A stretch of 64,000 bases of DNA from the NCBI GenBank assembly GCA_003344405.1, contig NOWV01000114.1, positions 124,001 through 188,000 on the forward strand, in the 5' to 3' direction. Position 1 is the first letter of the stretch; each line of letters opens with the position of its first letter. The notes under the pieces were generated by a model. It was not told where the DNA came from, did not search any database, and worked only from the letters and a program-made list of their open reading frames with translations. Source of the stretch: Trichoplax sp. H2 (taxonomy: Eukaryota). The translations under genes were made by a program, and so were the position numbers. Below are positions 49,600 through 64,000 of the stretch, piece after piece.

Positions 49600-52500
49600 T
49601 TATAGAGTTGCGGCAGTAGTAACGACATTATTAGTAGCAGTACTTGTACCTCCAAGATTAAGCTGAGAAAGTATGATAATACCGATGATAGCCAGCAAGA
49701 TTAGCACCAAAACGATGCAGATTATTTTTTTCTAAAATATCAATACAAGTATACATAGTTGAGGATCAGTTTAATTCTATGATGTTATATCTATTGTACG
49801 CGTGAAAAAAGTACCGAATAGAAGCAAACATAAGTTACTCGCCCAAGTAAGAATTAAAGTAGTTATAGTTTACTTATACCCGTAAATCCATTGCAAGACA
49901 ATATTGTTTATAAGATATATTATATAATTGATTACGTTTCATTAGAGTAATTAATATTGCTATACTCACAGTAATAAGGATCATATCATAACGTTACATG
50001 TAAGAAACGCTATAATATTTTCTTTATTGAATAACTTGCAGTATTAGGCTCACGTACTTCGTTTAGATTAAGCATTACGTTGATCTTAAGGTTACTTCAT
50101 TTACTATAAGCCCTTTCAATTTCTAAACTCCCTTAAAACTACAGTACTTATTCCTACTACCCTTATTCGCACACCTAGTTTTATAGTGTGTAAGCGATTA
50201 AAATTATACAACTTATACGTATTTATCATCACTTACTATCTACAAGCTCGCTAGAGTTAATAAAATACCGTAGTGCTCTCATATGTATAATTCTCGGTGA
50301 TACTTTTATTTTGCCTGCATACTGTATGCCTGATAAAGATAATGATTGCATACCTTACGGGCTGCTGATTGATATTCAAGGGCTTTCTTGACATCTGCTG
50401 TAGCCCTGTCAACATAATCAACGGCATTTCCAGCTTGATGTTCAATGCTATCGAGCATTTCCGCTTGATTTTCAACCAACATTGCTACATCTAAAAACAT
50501 ATCTTGTAAATCCTACCAATTAAGAAACACGATATTAGATTTATTATTTCGATAAAATTCTTTATTCGTAGCAATTTCTACAGGTAGTAATACCTCACGT
50601 ACGATTACAATACATAACAAATGACATACTCGTAAATACACAGTCTGTATAAATAATTACCTTAACGCTCTTTTCCAGTAATAAAATATCGTCATGCCTT
50701 GTCTTAATACCCTCTAGGGCCAATCTCGCATCTTTAGTCCCTGGATCGACCTATACCATAAGTAGACAATAAATTTCAAAAATCATGATTAATAATCAAA
50801 AAATACTACTTAACCAAATTATGACTGGTTTGTGCTAAAGCAAACTGAAGGATCATCTCTAAATTCGCCTGGCTTGGTACCGATTGAGTAAATATTTCCA
50901 AATCCCAATTTTCCAGCATATCTTCGACCTCCTCGTCGGTTGCAGGCTTTCCAGCTAAAATATTAAATTATTTAGGTGAGATAGTTATCAGCTTTTTCAT
51001 CACATAAATGATTGTGGTATTTAGCTAATTAGGCATAGATAATAGAAATTTCTGAACCTATGCTCAGTTGCCTCTTCAGCTTCTCCTTGCATCTATCTCG
51101 ATATTCATTTTGAATTAGATTAAACTTCAACATAGCGTTGACTAAGCGATGCGATAGCGCGGCATGCTGATCACCAGTTACAAGATTCAAAAAAAATGTA
51201 AATGATACATGACAGTGCATTAAAATATAGTCATTAAATCGTACAGAATTATTCTAATGTTTCAATAGAATTGTGCCTGCATTAAATTCCTGTCATAATA
51301 GTATACATCATAAAATCGTACTTGAGTTCTCTTGATTCGAATTTCCGCGGAAGTATCGCTCGCCTCTCTAATTGATGCTTCTATATCTATTAAAGTTTAC
51401 GATAGAATATAGTAATAGATTACACGATATGTTAGATTAAGATACCACACTTGCATCTGTTTGCTCTTTACCTCCACGATATTAAATCATACCATATTTA
51501 CAATAGATCAGTATCTAAAGTGTTCGCGCTACAACAAACCTACTACATTAATTTTGCTTACCCTTTAATCGAGCTCTAGAACGATTTGTCTTCAGTTTTA
51601 TAGAAGTCATAGCATTTTCCAATCTAGCTTTATCATCTGTTATATATAATATTATTTACTTATGCCAAAAATATAGGAGTATAATACGAATACAATACGT
51701 ATAATTCGCAACATTTTATTTCCGTGCGCACCTATATACTTGCGGTATTTACAGGTATATCTACACATAAAGTACGTTTTACAAAAGTATTTCGTACAAC
51801 TAACCGTAATCTACCTTCGACGCCGTTAGAATATCATTTTGTAGATCGTCCACATAATCAATGTCATTTTCTATTCCACTGAGATCTTGCTCAATTATTT
51901 CGATCTGAATAAATAGGATCCTTTACCGTTATTTAAAATGTATATTCTTTACGAACATACTAGGTAGAAATATAATCGCGCTTCTGATAAATGATCATTG
52001 TAGTGAAAACGTTATTAGAATCTACATGTATGTAATTATGTGTAGTTGTGTAATCTTGGGATAACCAACTGGATATGTATCCATGTATAGGTATATATTT
52101 ATATATATAATTAATATGTAGTGCTACCATTATATTTGGATATATCGCTATTGCCTAATATGGTATTACGTAGATTAATATGTATTTAGAGATAGTATAT
52201 ACAAGATATGTGTTCTTTATACAGCTAGGAGTTGGATACAATAAGCTAGATAGTACTTTGATGCTTAAATAATATAATAAAATTCTGTTAATACTTAACA
52301 ACCACTACTCATACAATAAATCCATTTATCAAGATAAGATGCCGGTAACAATGTACCTGCTGCGGTATGATTAATAATGCGGTATATAGTTGCTGGCTAT
52401 TTTCATGCTACAGCAATTTACGTATAACTCGACTATCAATAAACTAATTTCTATATTTCTCCTAAATTATTTTAAGGTAATGTGGATGTACTTCGTAAAA

Positions 52501-53860
52501 CTTATAAATTTTGAGAACTATTTGCAACATATGTAAGACATACACCCTCCAGTATTTTAGCAGGATTTGATTCATTTAAGTAGCAACTCACTTTTTAAAG
52601 CACGAATAGATAAAAAATAGTAACATGCCGACTTAATTGAAAGCAGTTTCAAAAGCATCATTCATAGCGTTGCATTACTTAGTGTTATAGCTAGATACAT
52701 ATATTTATACGATATCATCGGCGCAATAGTGAATTAAATTTAGTAAAAGTTAATTACGGCATGACAGTAGCACGGACTAATTTATGATCAGTTATCTGAG
52801 TGTTTAGCACAGTTTTAAATTTCAATTTGTGCTTCTCTCTTAGAATTTTATAACTCTTAAAGTAATGATGAATAACAGAAATTCCAAGAGCTCTTTGGGC
52901 TCATTCTAGTCAAAACCTTGATAATTTTATCATGTTTACAATAAAATGCTATTAGACTATCACCAGTTATGGGTTTAGCGACTTATTTGACAGGCTACTG
53001 TCGCGGTAGTATAAAACTTTACGTATTTGACCGAAATGAATGAAATTTACTTCTGGTGCTATCCTGCTTTCTATTCGGAGCTTAACCGTAACTTCAGCGC
53101 AGTATTATGCTTCAGTAAATAACATATTATCATCTATTATACGTATGCATAGTATTTTCATTCTTTCCGGGTAATCTTCTATCAAGCTATGCATTATTGG
53201 TAAGTAGATTAATATAGTACCTGCTTAAAGAATTCTCCCATAAATTCCTCTTCCTCTAGTGCAACTTCAGCCATTTCAAAACCAACGATGGCATGATTTG
53301 CATCCGTATTCTCCTCAAGTTGCACCTACAATGTTAGGTCAAATGTGTTAAAAATTAGAACTCTTAACGAAAGTATGAATAGATCACTATTACGTTATAT
53401 TCTTTACAAATCCTTAATAACTGTTTCGAAAGTCAATTAATTAGAAGACCAAAATGCTATTTACTATGAATAGGATTAATAATTCTATAGTCTACACAGG
53501 TGATGCTACTGCTCTTTATAGACGAACACAGTGGTCATTAACCAACCGCAAGCAGTAAATTTCGTACTAGTCTCGATCAACCTTGATAAGAGTAAAGTAC
53601 CGGTAATCAACTATGAGCGACTAATTTCTCTATCTGTATCATACACACTATAATAAAATTAGAACCGTAATGTTTTATATCTTTAAAATTAAGTGCATTA
53701 GATCCCTAACTATCATTATATCAAAAACATTATACTTGTTAATAGCAAGTAATCTATTTATGTTAATTCTCCTGTATGATATATAATTTAATAACTTAAA
53801 TCCTTAGCGTTATTCTTGATCTAATACCTCTCTGATATCTGCTAATCTATCTCTCGCCAT
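49600..53860 (-). CDS. Syntaxin-1-like Qa-SNARE, paralog A
   Basis: [11 protein letters not shown]|..FMGEFFKQ|..[32 protein letters not shown]|..[16 protein letters not shown]|..[72 protein letters not shown] (TM). Confidence 0.92.
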
Positions 53861-55963
53861 ATCGTGTGAAAATTTAAATTTTCTCGAGAATAAGCACCAA
53901 AGATTAAAGATTTTTACAGTGAACAAAATTTGTATCTTGCTCTGTGACACGGGATATCTCGGTGTTCGTTATTAACCTTTCCTACTTATCTGTAATATGA
54001 TAATTTCAGATTCTTCCGATTAACATATTTTTAACTAAGGATCTGTAACCACTTTAATTGCTTACGATTACAATATGAAATTTAATGATAGCATCAGAAA
54101 ACCACTTAACACAGTGCAAACCTTTGAAATTAAATAAAGTTTCGAGATTCCAAGAAAACTTTTCCGCGTCCTACATCGTTCTGTAGCACTGAGATTGCTA
54201 TCTCAACTAAAAGAATTATTGGATATGGTAGAGTAACTATATTCTTACAAAGTAATGCGCATGCTATACTTGATAATTGTCGGACACGGTAACTTCGCTA
54301 TATCGAAGTAAAACTTTATTGTTTATAGATACAACATCTAAGCATGATGCTTACAATGTAAAAGTGACTCCCTACCTCGATCTGCAACCTGTAGTATGCA
54401 ATTACAATTAAGAAAAGTGCTATTGTCTACATCACGTGAAGTGTAACCATAGAATCACTATAGAATAATGAAATATAATGAAAAAACTCATTATAGATAT
54501 GTAAATTACAGTACCTAAACTGTTCAAGTGATCAGTTTTACGTCATAACCGTAAATATAACACGCCAATGTTTTTATTTATAAGTTCCAATGCATGGGTA
54601 CCAACGTTCTATTCAACTGTTCAAAGCTTATCGAAGATATATTGATTATTTCAAGAGTTTATTAGTAGTAAGAATATGTTTATCTCAAACTGTCTTTTTT
54701 TCCAAATCACCCAGTAAAAATCTTTTAATCTAGCCAATTTACCTAAAATATGCAGAATACAATTTCTTTTATACCATTTTTTGCTGTTACACTCCCAATT
54801 TGACGTAGCTAATACTTTGTTACAGTATCTTCGGTCTTGTTAGGGGAAAATTGCATGAAGCAATTTACTTTCGCCGCTTAGTAATCTTATCGACGGTCGC
54901 AATGTATCAAGACATCAATAACAACCTGAGCTGATACTGTGCGTGTCAGTATATCATATAACGAAATTGCATCCATATATTATGTCATCCTTATTCGATA
55001 TTATCGAATCTACGAACAAAAATACTATTAATTATCTATACCTGACGTTAAATTCTTAGTAAAATTGGTACGTTAAAAACTAAACTTTTAGATATTTATA
55101 ACACAGAACAGAAAATCTAGAGAAGTGAAAGTACAGTACTACGCTTATAAAGTTCAATAATTAATTTGTAGAACGTGCCGTATCAATTTCGTAAATTCCA
55201 CGTCCAAGTAAGATTTATATCTTTAGCTTATAGTTGATATAAAGTGCTGGCTAGGATGAATATACAAATCTCTATTGTAAAACTCCACATTTTAACAGTA
55301 ATGATATGAATCCTTAATTAAAGTTTAGCCTTAGCAGTTTAAGGCTATAGTACTTAATTACTACAGTTTAAATTTGAGTAATTATAGAATCACAGTAATT
55401 TTATCACAACTGCTTAGTTAGTATATCACTAATTGAAGAGAATATCGCATATTTGAATCGGATACGATCGATAAGAAGCTGTATGAGTCAGCACATGATA
55501 TACTATACAACAGCCATGGTAATCCGTAATGGATCTATATATAAATCATTCATCAAACTATTCTCTAGTACAACTTTTAATTTAAGTAGCATCTAGAAAT
55601 CAGGATTGAAATCGCACATTTTAACTGTCTGCAGGCACAACTAGTTATACTTGCCTTGAATGATATTTTAAAATAACCCGTTAAAGCATTTTAAATTGCA
55701 AATAACTTCTAGTATTTAATTAGATCAAATTTACAATTTCAGATACTGATTTTAAATCTTTTTAATTAGTGAATATCTGATATATCTGATAAGTCCTAAC
55801 GCTAGTATGTCTTAATGTTTCAGAATAACAATTTGGAAGAAATGGTTTATTAAAGACATTTTATACAGTAGGTTATCAAGTTATCATACAATTGGTTAGC
55901 GATGATTTGACCTACTCTTAAGTGGATAAAATTATAATATATTAATTTTAGTTTATTTTATTG

Positions 55964-58900
55964 CTAAACGCCCCTTGATCCAAAAATTCCGCCAAAAACT
56001 CCCGCAATTACCAAAGCTAAGATGATAATACATACTATAATGATAACTTTTTTCTGGATCGTTAGGAAGTCAAGCATTATGAAAAAGAAATAAGAATGAA
56101 TTTATATTAGTATTTTTACGGCTATGATTAATTGCTACAGTTGAATTTGGATAAATGATACTTATAATCTTCGGTAACACCTAAGCAAAATCAACATACC
56201 CGCCGAGCTTTACTTTGATACTTAGTTGCTTTTTTGGTATCTTCTTTAGCTCTCTCGACATAATCTGTTGTTTGGGCAACATTATATTCAATTCGATCTA
56301 TCATTTCTCCCTTATGAAGAAGTTAATATATTTGATTGAATTACTAACGGTTAATTTGTTCTTCGATATTAAATAAAGGTTTACAAGCAGGAAGGGATGG
56401 AAATCAATGCATTGAAAATATAAGTAATGCCTCTTTTACCTGGACGCTAATTAGTTGTCCCATATCCTGAAATAACTCTGCTAGATCCTAGTTTAATTGA
56501 CAATAGTTAGATTAATTTCCAAGTAAACCCTTTATAAGCTAAAGTGAATAAAATAATTAACCGATAGATTCTTCTCTAATTTCATTATCTCTTTGTGGCG
56601 GGATTCAATTAATGATAAAGTTCTCTTTGCTTCCGCGGAGTCAATCATGAGCTTTTAAATAATTTATGAGATGCATAAGTTTAATAGTATATGGTTTCAT
56701 TCATATGACAAGCTTTTCTATTGATATAATTGCGAAATGGAAGTTCAGAAGCCTATATTGTTACATCATAGAAATGTTTTCATGTCAAGAACTTACGCCT
56801 GATGTAAATATTCGGGGTGCTGGACCACCACTTTCCAACATTTCGTCGATGTCTTCTTCACTAACTTTTTGCTGAGCTATTAGATCAAATTATTGCATTT
56901 ACAATTGTTGATTGCAACAGATTATAAAGATTACTTAAGGTACGCAGGCTGGCTTATAATCTTTTAATGTACATTATAACGTATTGCATATTTTAAGGAT
57001 TCAGTAACGTACTTATCTTTAGTTGAGTTTCTAGTCGCGCTTTACATTTTTCCTTGTATTCTATTTGTTGCATATTATATTCGCTCATAACGTCGATGTA
57101 GTTTTTAGATAGCGCAGTACACTATATAGTCCAGGGATGTAAAATTAGCCAAGACAGTTTATGCTGATATTATATGGTCTACTATTTCATTAAGTTTGTG
57201 GTATTAGTATTGTTGGTACAGGTTTTAGATTAATAAAGTACATAAGTAAAACTAAAGCGAATTTTTATTTACAGATAGACTCTTATTGTCAGTCAGTCAG
57301 TTAATCAATTCATGATATCTAATAACACTACAGATAATAAGGAATCTTGGCAAACATGTAATTTACTCATGCTACAATAACGAGAGGATAAGTGATATAA
57401 AAAGTCACGTGCTAATGTACTGCATTAAAGCGCTGTTATAATTATAAGATTGTAGAAGATTAATTGATATACGAGCATGGCACTTATTTATCCAAGTACT
57501 ACTTTCACATATTCGACTTTCATTTGATAATGAATTTGTAATCGAAATAGTTAAGTTGTTTTCAAATCTTCAGCACTAACTAACATATCAACACCCAAAG
57601 AGATATTTCTCTAGAACATTTCATAAAATAACTGATTATTATCTAAAGGGCACGTATCGAAAACATTAATCTTAAATGCTCGAAGTACGGAGTACACGGT
57701 AAAACGTTACTGAACCTCCGATACACGATATAAAGTTACTGAACCTCTTACACGGTATAAAATTACTGAACCTCTGACAGTTCTACAGTACGACAAATGG
57801 TAATACTATCTGTTAAATGAGCACATTATCGTAAACCGTCAGCAAAGCGACGGGAGTTTGCACTAGTATTTATAATTCAAATCAAAAATGAATACAAGAT
57901 TGTAATGTAACTAGTATTGTGATTGTAGACTATTAGTCATGTTTAGTATAATGTACGGTAGATATTTATCCTAAGAGATATTTGGTAGCTATAACTATAG
58001 ACTGTAGTGGTATAGACTCTATGCTAGAGTATAGATGACTATATGTGGTAAGGTGATTATTATTAAGTTACTAATAAGGCTATAGGTAAAAATAGAACTG
58101 TAAATCATATATTAGGATATGGTTAATTCATTGTAGTTTGGCTGGTGTGAATAATGTCTACGTAANNNNNNNNNNNNNNNNNNNNTGGCACTTATTTATC
58201 CAAGTACTACTTTCACATATTCGACTTTCATTTGATAATGAATTTGTAATCGAAATAGTTAAGTTGTTTTCAAATCTTCAGCACTAACTAACATATCAAC
58301 ACCCAAAGAGATATTTCTCTAGAACATTTCATAAAATAACTGATTATTATCTAAAGGGCACGTATCGAAAACATTAATCTTAAATACTCGAAGTACAGAG
58401 TACACGGTAAAAAGTTACTGAACTTCTGATACACGATATAAAGTTACTGAACCTCTGACAGGTCTAAGAGATATTTGGTAGCTATAACTATAGACTGTAG
58501 TGGTATAGACTCTATGCTAGAGTATAGATGACTATATGTGGTAAGGTGATTATTATTAAGTTACTAATAAGGCTATAGGTAAAAATAGAACTGTAAATCA
58601 TATATTAGGATATGGTTAATTCATTGTAGTTTGGCTGGTGTGAATAATGTCTACGTAAGTACTGTAATCGTATCCATATTGGATTAATGATGGTCCGCAG
58701 TAGAATTGTCTTTCTAAGAATAATTTAACTATGTGTAATATAAGGTAAAAGGTTGCCATACGGATTGTAGCTGGGAATGCTACGAAAAGTATACAAGCAT
58801 GCAACTTTATATAATATAATGAATTAAAATGCAGTACTCTAATAGCTTGAATTGTTAAAAGCTGAGTACAAATCAAGAATATTCTGATGTATTAGCTAAG

Positions 58901-61900
58901 ATTTAGAAAAAAAAGGTGCTTAATTAGCTTTATTTACTTGACTTTTTTTTATTCGAACGTCAGCTGAAGGTCCATCCATAGTTTCTTGTTGTTGTATATC
59001 TTGCTCCATTACTATTTCAAATTTTGTAATGAAGGAAAATTTACAAATGTAATATCAATGTATAACAAGATATTTTTGGGTGAAATTGTACCTAAATAGC
59101 TTTATTGAGATAAAGAGCATTTTATGTCTTAGCTAATTCTATGTTATAAAATTTTTAGTCTTCTATGGCGCTTACCTTTGAGTCTGGCTTTAATACGGTT
59201 CGCGAACCTTTTTATTTCTGACGTTAGATCTATTAATCGACCTTCTGCCTCTGATGAATTAAAGTAGATATATGATTTACGTTATTTTGAGTAAATCTTT
59301 GAGTTTATTTACAGAAATTGCTATAATAAGAATTGATTAATTGTTTATCCGTTGATGAACTTATTCAAAATATGAAGATTAACAATTAGTAAATGATAGC
59401 TCATTGAATGCTAACATAATTTTTCCAGCCCTCGCAGATAGAGAATACTAATAGCTGCAGTATCTTACTTTCGATATTAAGATACATTAATTTTGAGTTT
59501 ACGGCAAAGTATTTTCACTATTAGTGCTTTAGGAATTGTCATTTTATTAAAATATTAATAAAACTGAATATTTAGATCTACAACCGAATACCCGGTGAAT
59601 AGAAGTGGGTCATAATCTATGCACCTTATGAAGCTAGAAATTATGACAGAAGTAGATACTAGCCGTTATTTACAATATAAAATATATGTACACTATTGTT
59701 TATTGCCCTAGCCTATTTGATAACTCATGATCAAATATAAAAGTTGATGATTTTCAGTGGATTGCTGCGGGATACGGTAAGAAAGTTATTACTACATTCA
59801 AACGTGATCTTTAGTTTTCGAAGTAAAGCGGAGAGAATTGAACTTATTCTATGTGCGTTTGAGAAAGATATAATAATATCAATTAAACAAATTTGCTTTA
59901 GCTTACCTGAAATGAGCTCGTACTGGACTAAAATCGTTGTGGTTTATTACATTTTACTAGTATATTTCCCGGTTCAAATCAGTGGGTTAAATTCATATAG
60001 TATTGTTGAAAAATATAAAAAGTTTGATAGGGTAGAAAAATAATGTAACGCGTTAATATGCAGCACTTAACCTTTTCACATTACATAAAGGAACGCTTAG
60101 ACGATCGATTGAAGGTATAAAGCCGACTAGGATTATGTGGTAGGTATGATGTAATCTACGAATAGTCTGAATGTTATCTCAAGTATGTTACTGACGTACA
60201 GATAACATGTCTAGGAATTGTTGCCATGTAATATCACAGCTTATGTATTACAATTACTGTACTAATACGATATTCACGGTATAAATACTATACGGGTAGA
60301 CAAGTTAAAGTTAGTTCTCTGTATCCTAGGATAAGAAAATAACTATACTCTTAAGTCTTCATCTGGAAGCAATTCTATAAGTCACTCTTGGCTGTTCTTC
60401 TCTCTTAATAAACTAGTCTAAAATTATAAGCTACATTTGTGTGTCGTATCATTAGTTGAGGATAGAGAATATTACAGTAGGAGGTTGAGAAACAATAGAG
60501 GATAAGTGAGTCGAGGACATACTCGTATACAGTATAATATACCAAAACATATTCGCGAACGGTAGGCTGGTCAGTAAAGTAGTAAAATATGAAGTAGGAG
60601 TGCATCGATTATTATAAAGATTACTCTTACAAATTGTAAATTTCAGCATGGCATTTCCTTAACTTTTAAAGTCAGATATTACCTATTTCATTATTAATTA
60701 ATAACTATGTATCTGTGTACTGTATACTTATTTTAAAATTGAAACGAAATTTGATGTCATAGTCTGATGGAAACTTTTCGAATTTGAAATTTTAGTTTCG
60801 TCTACATACCTTCGCCTATGATATATATTAAATGACTCAGTTATCTATTACGGGTTGATCTTTCGGTCTACCATGTTAAAGTATTTAGTTCATAAAGACC
60901 TTAATGGGTCAGCATTTGTAAAAATATACTCATACTTGTTCAAAGTGGTTTGCGAGTATGAAATTGTAGTGGGAAAAATGATGCAGAGTTATCACAAAAA
61001 CGACGTCAGGTATCCAAAAATATAAATCAAAGTATAAAATTAAAACGGGTTTGCAGCGTTAATAAGGCCACGACTAAAATTTTACTACGTCTAATTGATG
61101 TAGTTTTCACTGGGCCATCATTTTAAGCTAGAGTACATGAAAGAAATAAAAGGTCCTAAAATGAAGCATTGGTCAAGTAGTTTATTAGGTCTAATCAATG
61201 CATGTCTTACGTTAGATTATTATTTAAAACCCAATTGAAATAAATAAATAAATTAAAGGCTAGAAAACTATATTATTCCCTTAGATATTGGATAATCTTC
61301 AAAATAATTCTCGTCATCCATATAAACATTTCTTCAATTAATAGATCTTTTGCCTAAATAAAGATACTAACAAACTAATTACGTGGATATGGGGATATAT
61401 TTGTTCCTATGGCATTAGAAAATTGTAACTTTTAAGCTAAGCAGATCTATCTTTATATACAGGGATATGCTCTTAAAATGTGTACAGATGAGTAATTTAA
61501 ATTTAAAATTTCAGTAATATACTAGAAAACCCAACATCTTAATGGCGAAATTACTTAATGTTGATATTACATTTGGAGCCATCGGTGTTTTAATAAGTGT
61601 TATTTTGAGTTAGGTAGTGATTTCGCTTGGCGAAATTACAGGTTTTAGAATGATCTAATTTTTTGAAGGTGCAGATTCTACTGCGTAAGGATTAAATTGT
61701 ATTTGTCACTATTTTAGATAGGTATCAAAATTAGGGCGGTTACATCAACTATAGATATCTATTCGACTATAACTTGGTTATTATGTTTTTGAAGGTAATT
61801 CTTATTCAGTCAAAGTGAATTAGTGTATTAAAAGAGGTTGATTATGATACACACTTTCTGGATAATGCTCAAATATTTCTAAACTTTAGCGAGCTTTGTA

Positions 61901-63787
61901 TCTCTTAATTGATATATTATAAAATACGAAATGTAAGTTATTAGAGAATGTCTCTTATAACCTTTTTCCATTCTAGGATCGGTCAATATAATTATTTGAG
62001 TCTTATTTGCCTGCTCTACGTTGTAGGTAATCTTTTCAATCCCTTGACGAATTTCCTCTACCTATTATATAAAAATTAGCAAAGATTTTTAGATAAAGGT
62101 ATATAGGTTTAATTATTTACATAATTAATGAGAATCCCCAAGAATTGTAAATCTGCGGAACAAAATGTAGTTACTTCCGTAATACACCTTACTAACTTTC
62201 GCTGTTTAAGCGTTATGAACGCGTTGTAGTTCAATAAGTCAGATTGCGCTACATTGTACGAGTTTGTACTGTATGCATACTGCAGTCACACATTCTCAAC
62301 TGGAACAAATATGGATCTTCTAGTAACGAAATCTTTTTATAATATATACTTATTGTAAATTATTTGATGATGAATTGAGGTCGATACATTTGTTTTTACG
62401 AATTTTCGAGTCATTTTTATGTTCTATGCGTCAAAACTGTATTGGATAGGAAGTCTATTCGATTACTTTAACGCGCATCTTTATCAATATGGAAATTTGC
62501 CAGTAGTACCAAATGGATAGAAATAGTGCTAATAAATCGCTTCCTTTAAATTGAAATTGTAGAAATACTGAATGGCTTAAGATATTTATATTCTTATACG
62601 TTGCTTTATTACAGACTATTTAAGCATGATATTTAATTATTTTCGCTCATTACAATTAATATCAAATAGAAACAATATTACCTGCTCGAAAAATTCATCC
62701 ATATATCCGTATTCTTCTTCGTCACCGTTGACATATTCATTACGATCATGACGAAACTAGAATTTACGGACAATCATGATGGTTAGCGGTATTGAGACTT
62801 AATTTAAGAATTAGTAGATAGGTTTTTTAACTTATTCCCTTTTCAGAAAACTGGTTAGATTTTCGCTTACGATCGCATTGGATAGCAGCGTTTAAATTAA
62901 CTTCAATTTCTTTACTTAATTGGTATACGATAGGCATTGTCGTAGAATAGAAATTTTTAGTCTTATACCGATTCTTACTTGCTTTAAAGCTGCCAATTTA
63001 TCCTTCATTTTTACTAATCTCTTGGTGATCAAAGAATTCAGTTCGAGTTCGAAGTTTTTCGTAAATCTTGTTAGTAAGTACGGGTGGCAAATATTGGAAA
63101 TAGGTGAGGGAGAGTTAAATATCTGCAGATCTTAACTGATATTGTTAGATTCAAATCTGTTGCGTATTTTTATATCATAAGTTTCATTGGGTGATACGAT
63201 ACCGTGGGTTTCACCGCTATTTGTATTACCGTGTCCTTTAGTACGGTATAATCCAAAATTGATTTAACTGAAGGTAATACTAATAGACGATTTCGATACA
63301 GCGACAACATAGCACAATCGACAATAGGATTGTATGGAGCGCTAATTACGGTACTGTACCCACTTATTATCAGCAGTTAAGGATTTAGGTTTAACACTAA
63401 ATGTCATGCTAAGCCTACTTGTTGATAATAAGTAGAATCAAATTGGAGCGAAAACATATGCTACCGTATGCTTGGATGTATTGCTTATTAATTATAGCTA
63501 TTTTGATTAAATTAGATCATTCCTATCCGGGGTGGCTTTCAAATTACTCATATATTGATTTGTGATAGCGTATTTTTAGTGTACTGTATATATAGATTTT
63601 GCATATTGTTACGTATTACTACAGTAATATGTTATTGAGAGAATTTGGTGTAATTACTCAGTCAAATCATTGACTATAATAAGGGTATGTCTACGCAAAC
63701 GTATGCACGTAGAAGAGACCTTCATTAGCTGTTATTGTAACATGCAACAAATTAGGTTACTTGTATGGAGATTTCTCTATTCTTCAT
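55964..63787 (-). CDS. Syntaxin-1-like Qa-SNARE, paralog B (first exon MKNREISIQ tentative)
   Basis: [19 protein letters not shown]..|..[12 protein letters not shown]|..[35 protein letters not shown]..|..[71 protein letters not shown] (TM). Confidence 0.92.
57642..57866 (+). mobile_element. Putative short non-autonomous Helitron (~225 bp) with internal ~27-30 bp tandem repeats
   Basis: Candidate A|TC start (tentative); three ttactgaacctc..acacg(a/g)tata units; 3' hairpin ccgtcagcaaagcgacgg + CTAG|T. Confidence 0.72.
58166..58185. other. Assembly gap (20 N)
   Basis: Run of n. Confidence 1.
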
Positions 63788-64000
63788 TCTGGAATACATT
63801 GCTTTTATAATTTAAGCAATAATTTAATAAATGTTTTCATTTTAAGTGCCAGATATCTTCAGCCGCTTGGTAAAGTGCTCCTTAATACAGTTAATCCCCA
63901 ACGAAGTAAATAAGATTTTAAATGTGACAGGCCAGAAGTATTTATTGGTTGCTGGTTCAAAGTATTTTATAAAAAATACTTTAAGCGTGGTACAGTATGC

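Larger units (their letters stand above)
57478..58658. repeat. Two variant copies of the same intronic sequence flanking a 20-N gap (57478-58165 and 58186-58658)
   Basis: Both begin tggcacttatttatccaagtact and end ataatgtctacgtaa; copy 2 is 215 nt shorter. Confidence 0.92.

Noticed and set aside
57700-57785. Regularly spaced ~28-bp repeats resembling a mini-CRISPR
   Set aside because: No unique spacers, no cas genes, eukaryotic intron; these are tandem repeats inside a Helitron-like element.
1-64000. tRNA, rRNA or snRNA genes
   Set aside because: Occasional GTTCGA-like words lack cloverleaf context; none recognised by eye. A tRNAscan-SE/Infernal run would be needed to exclude them.

Overview
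AT-rich, intron-rich eukaryotic (early-branching animal) genomic DNA. The compact genes, short introns and TACAG/CTGTA tracts suggest a placozoan (Trichoplax-like); this is an inference. By manual splicing I find 14 protein-coding genes: TYW1 (3' part), two paralogous TIR + EF-hand-like + HEAT-repeat genes arranged head-to-head, a GAS2-like gene, MED19, GALM, a DPF/requiem gene, GPANK1, MED15, a C2orf69 homolog, SIVA1, an orphan Cys/His-rich zinc-knuckle gene and two tandem syntaxin-1-like genes. There is also a B4GALNT-like pseudogene, Helitron relics (a dead helicase fragment and three hairpin+CTAG 3' ends) and a 20-N gap flanked by two variant copies of the same sequence. The best candidate for an undescribed system is the divergently transcribed TIR-HEAT pair: one canonical TIR with the NADase-type Glu, and one diverged copy with a myristoylation-type N-terminus. 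Second is the TACAG/CTGTA tract family concentrated at promoters. Exon boundaries are read by eye; no database searches were run.
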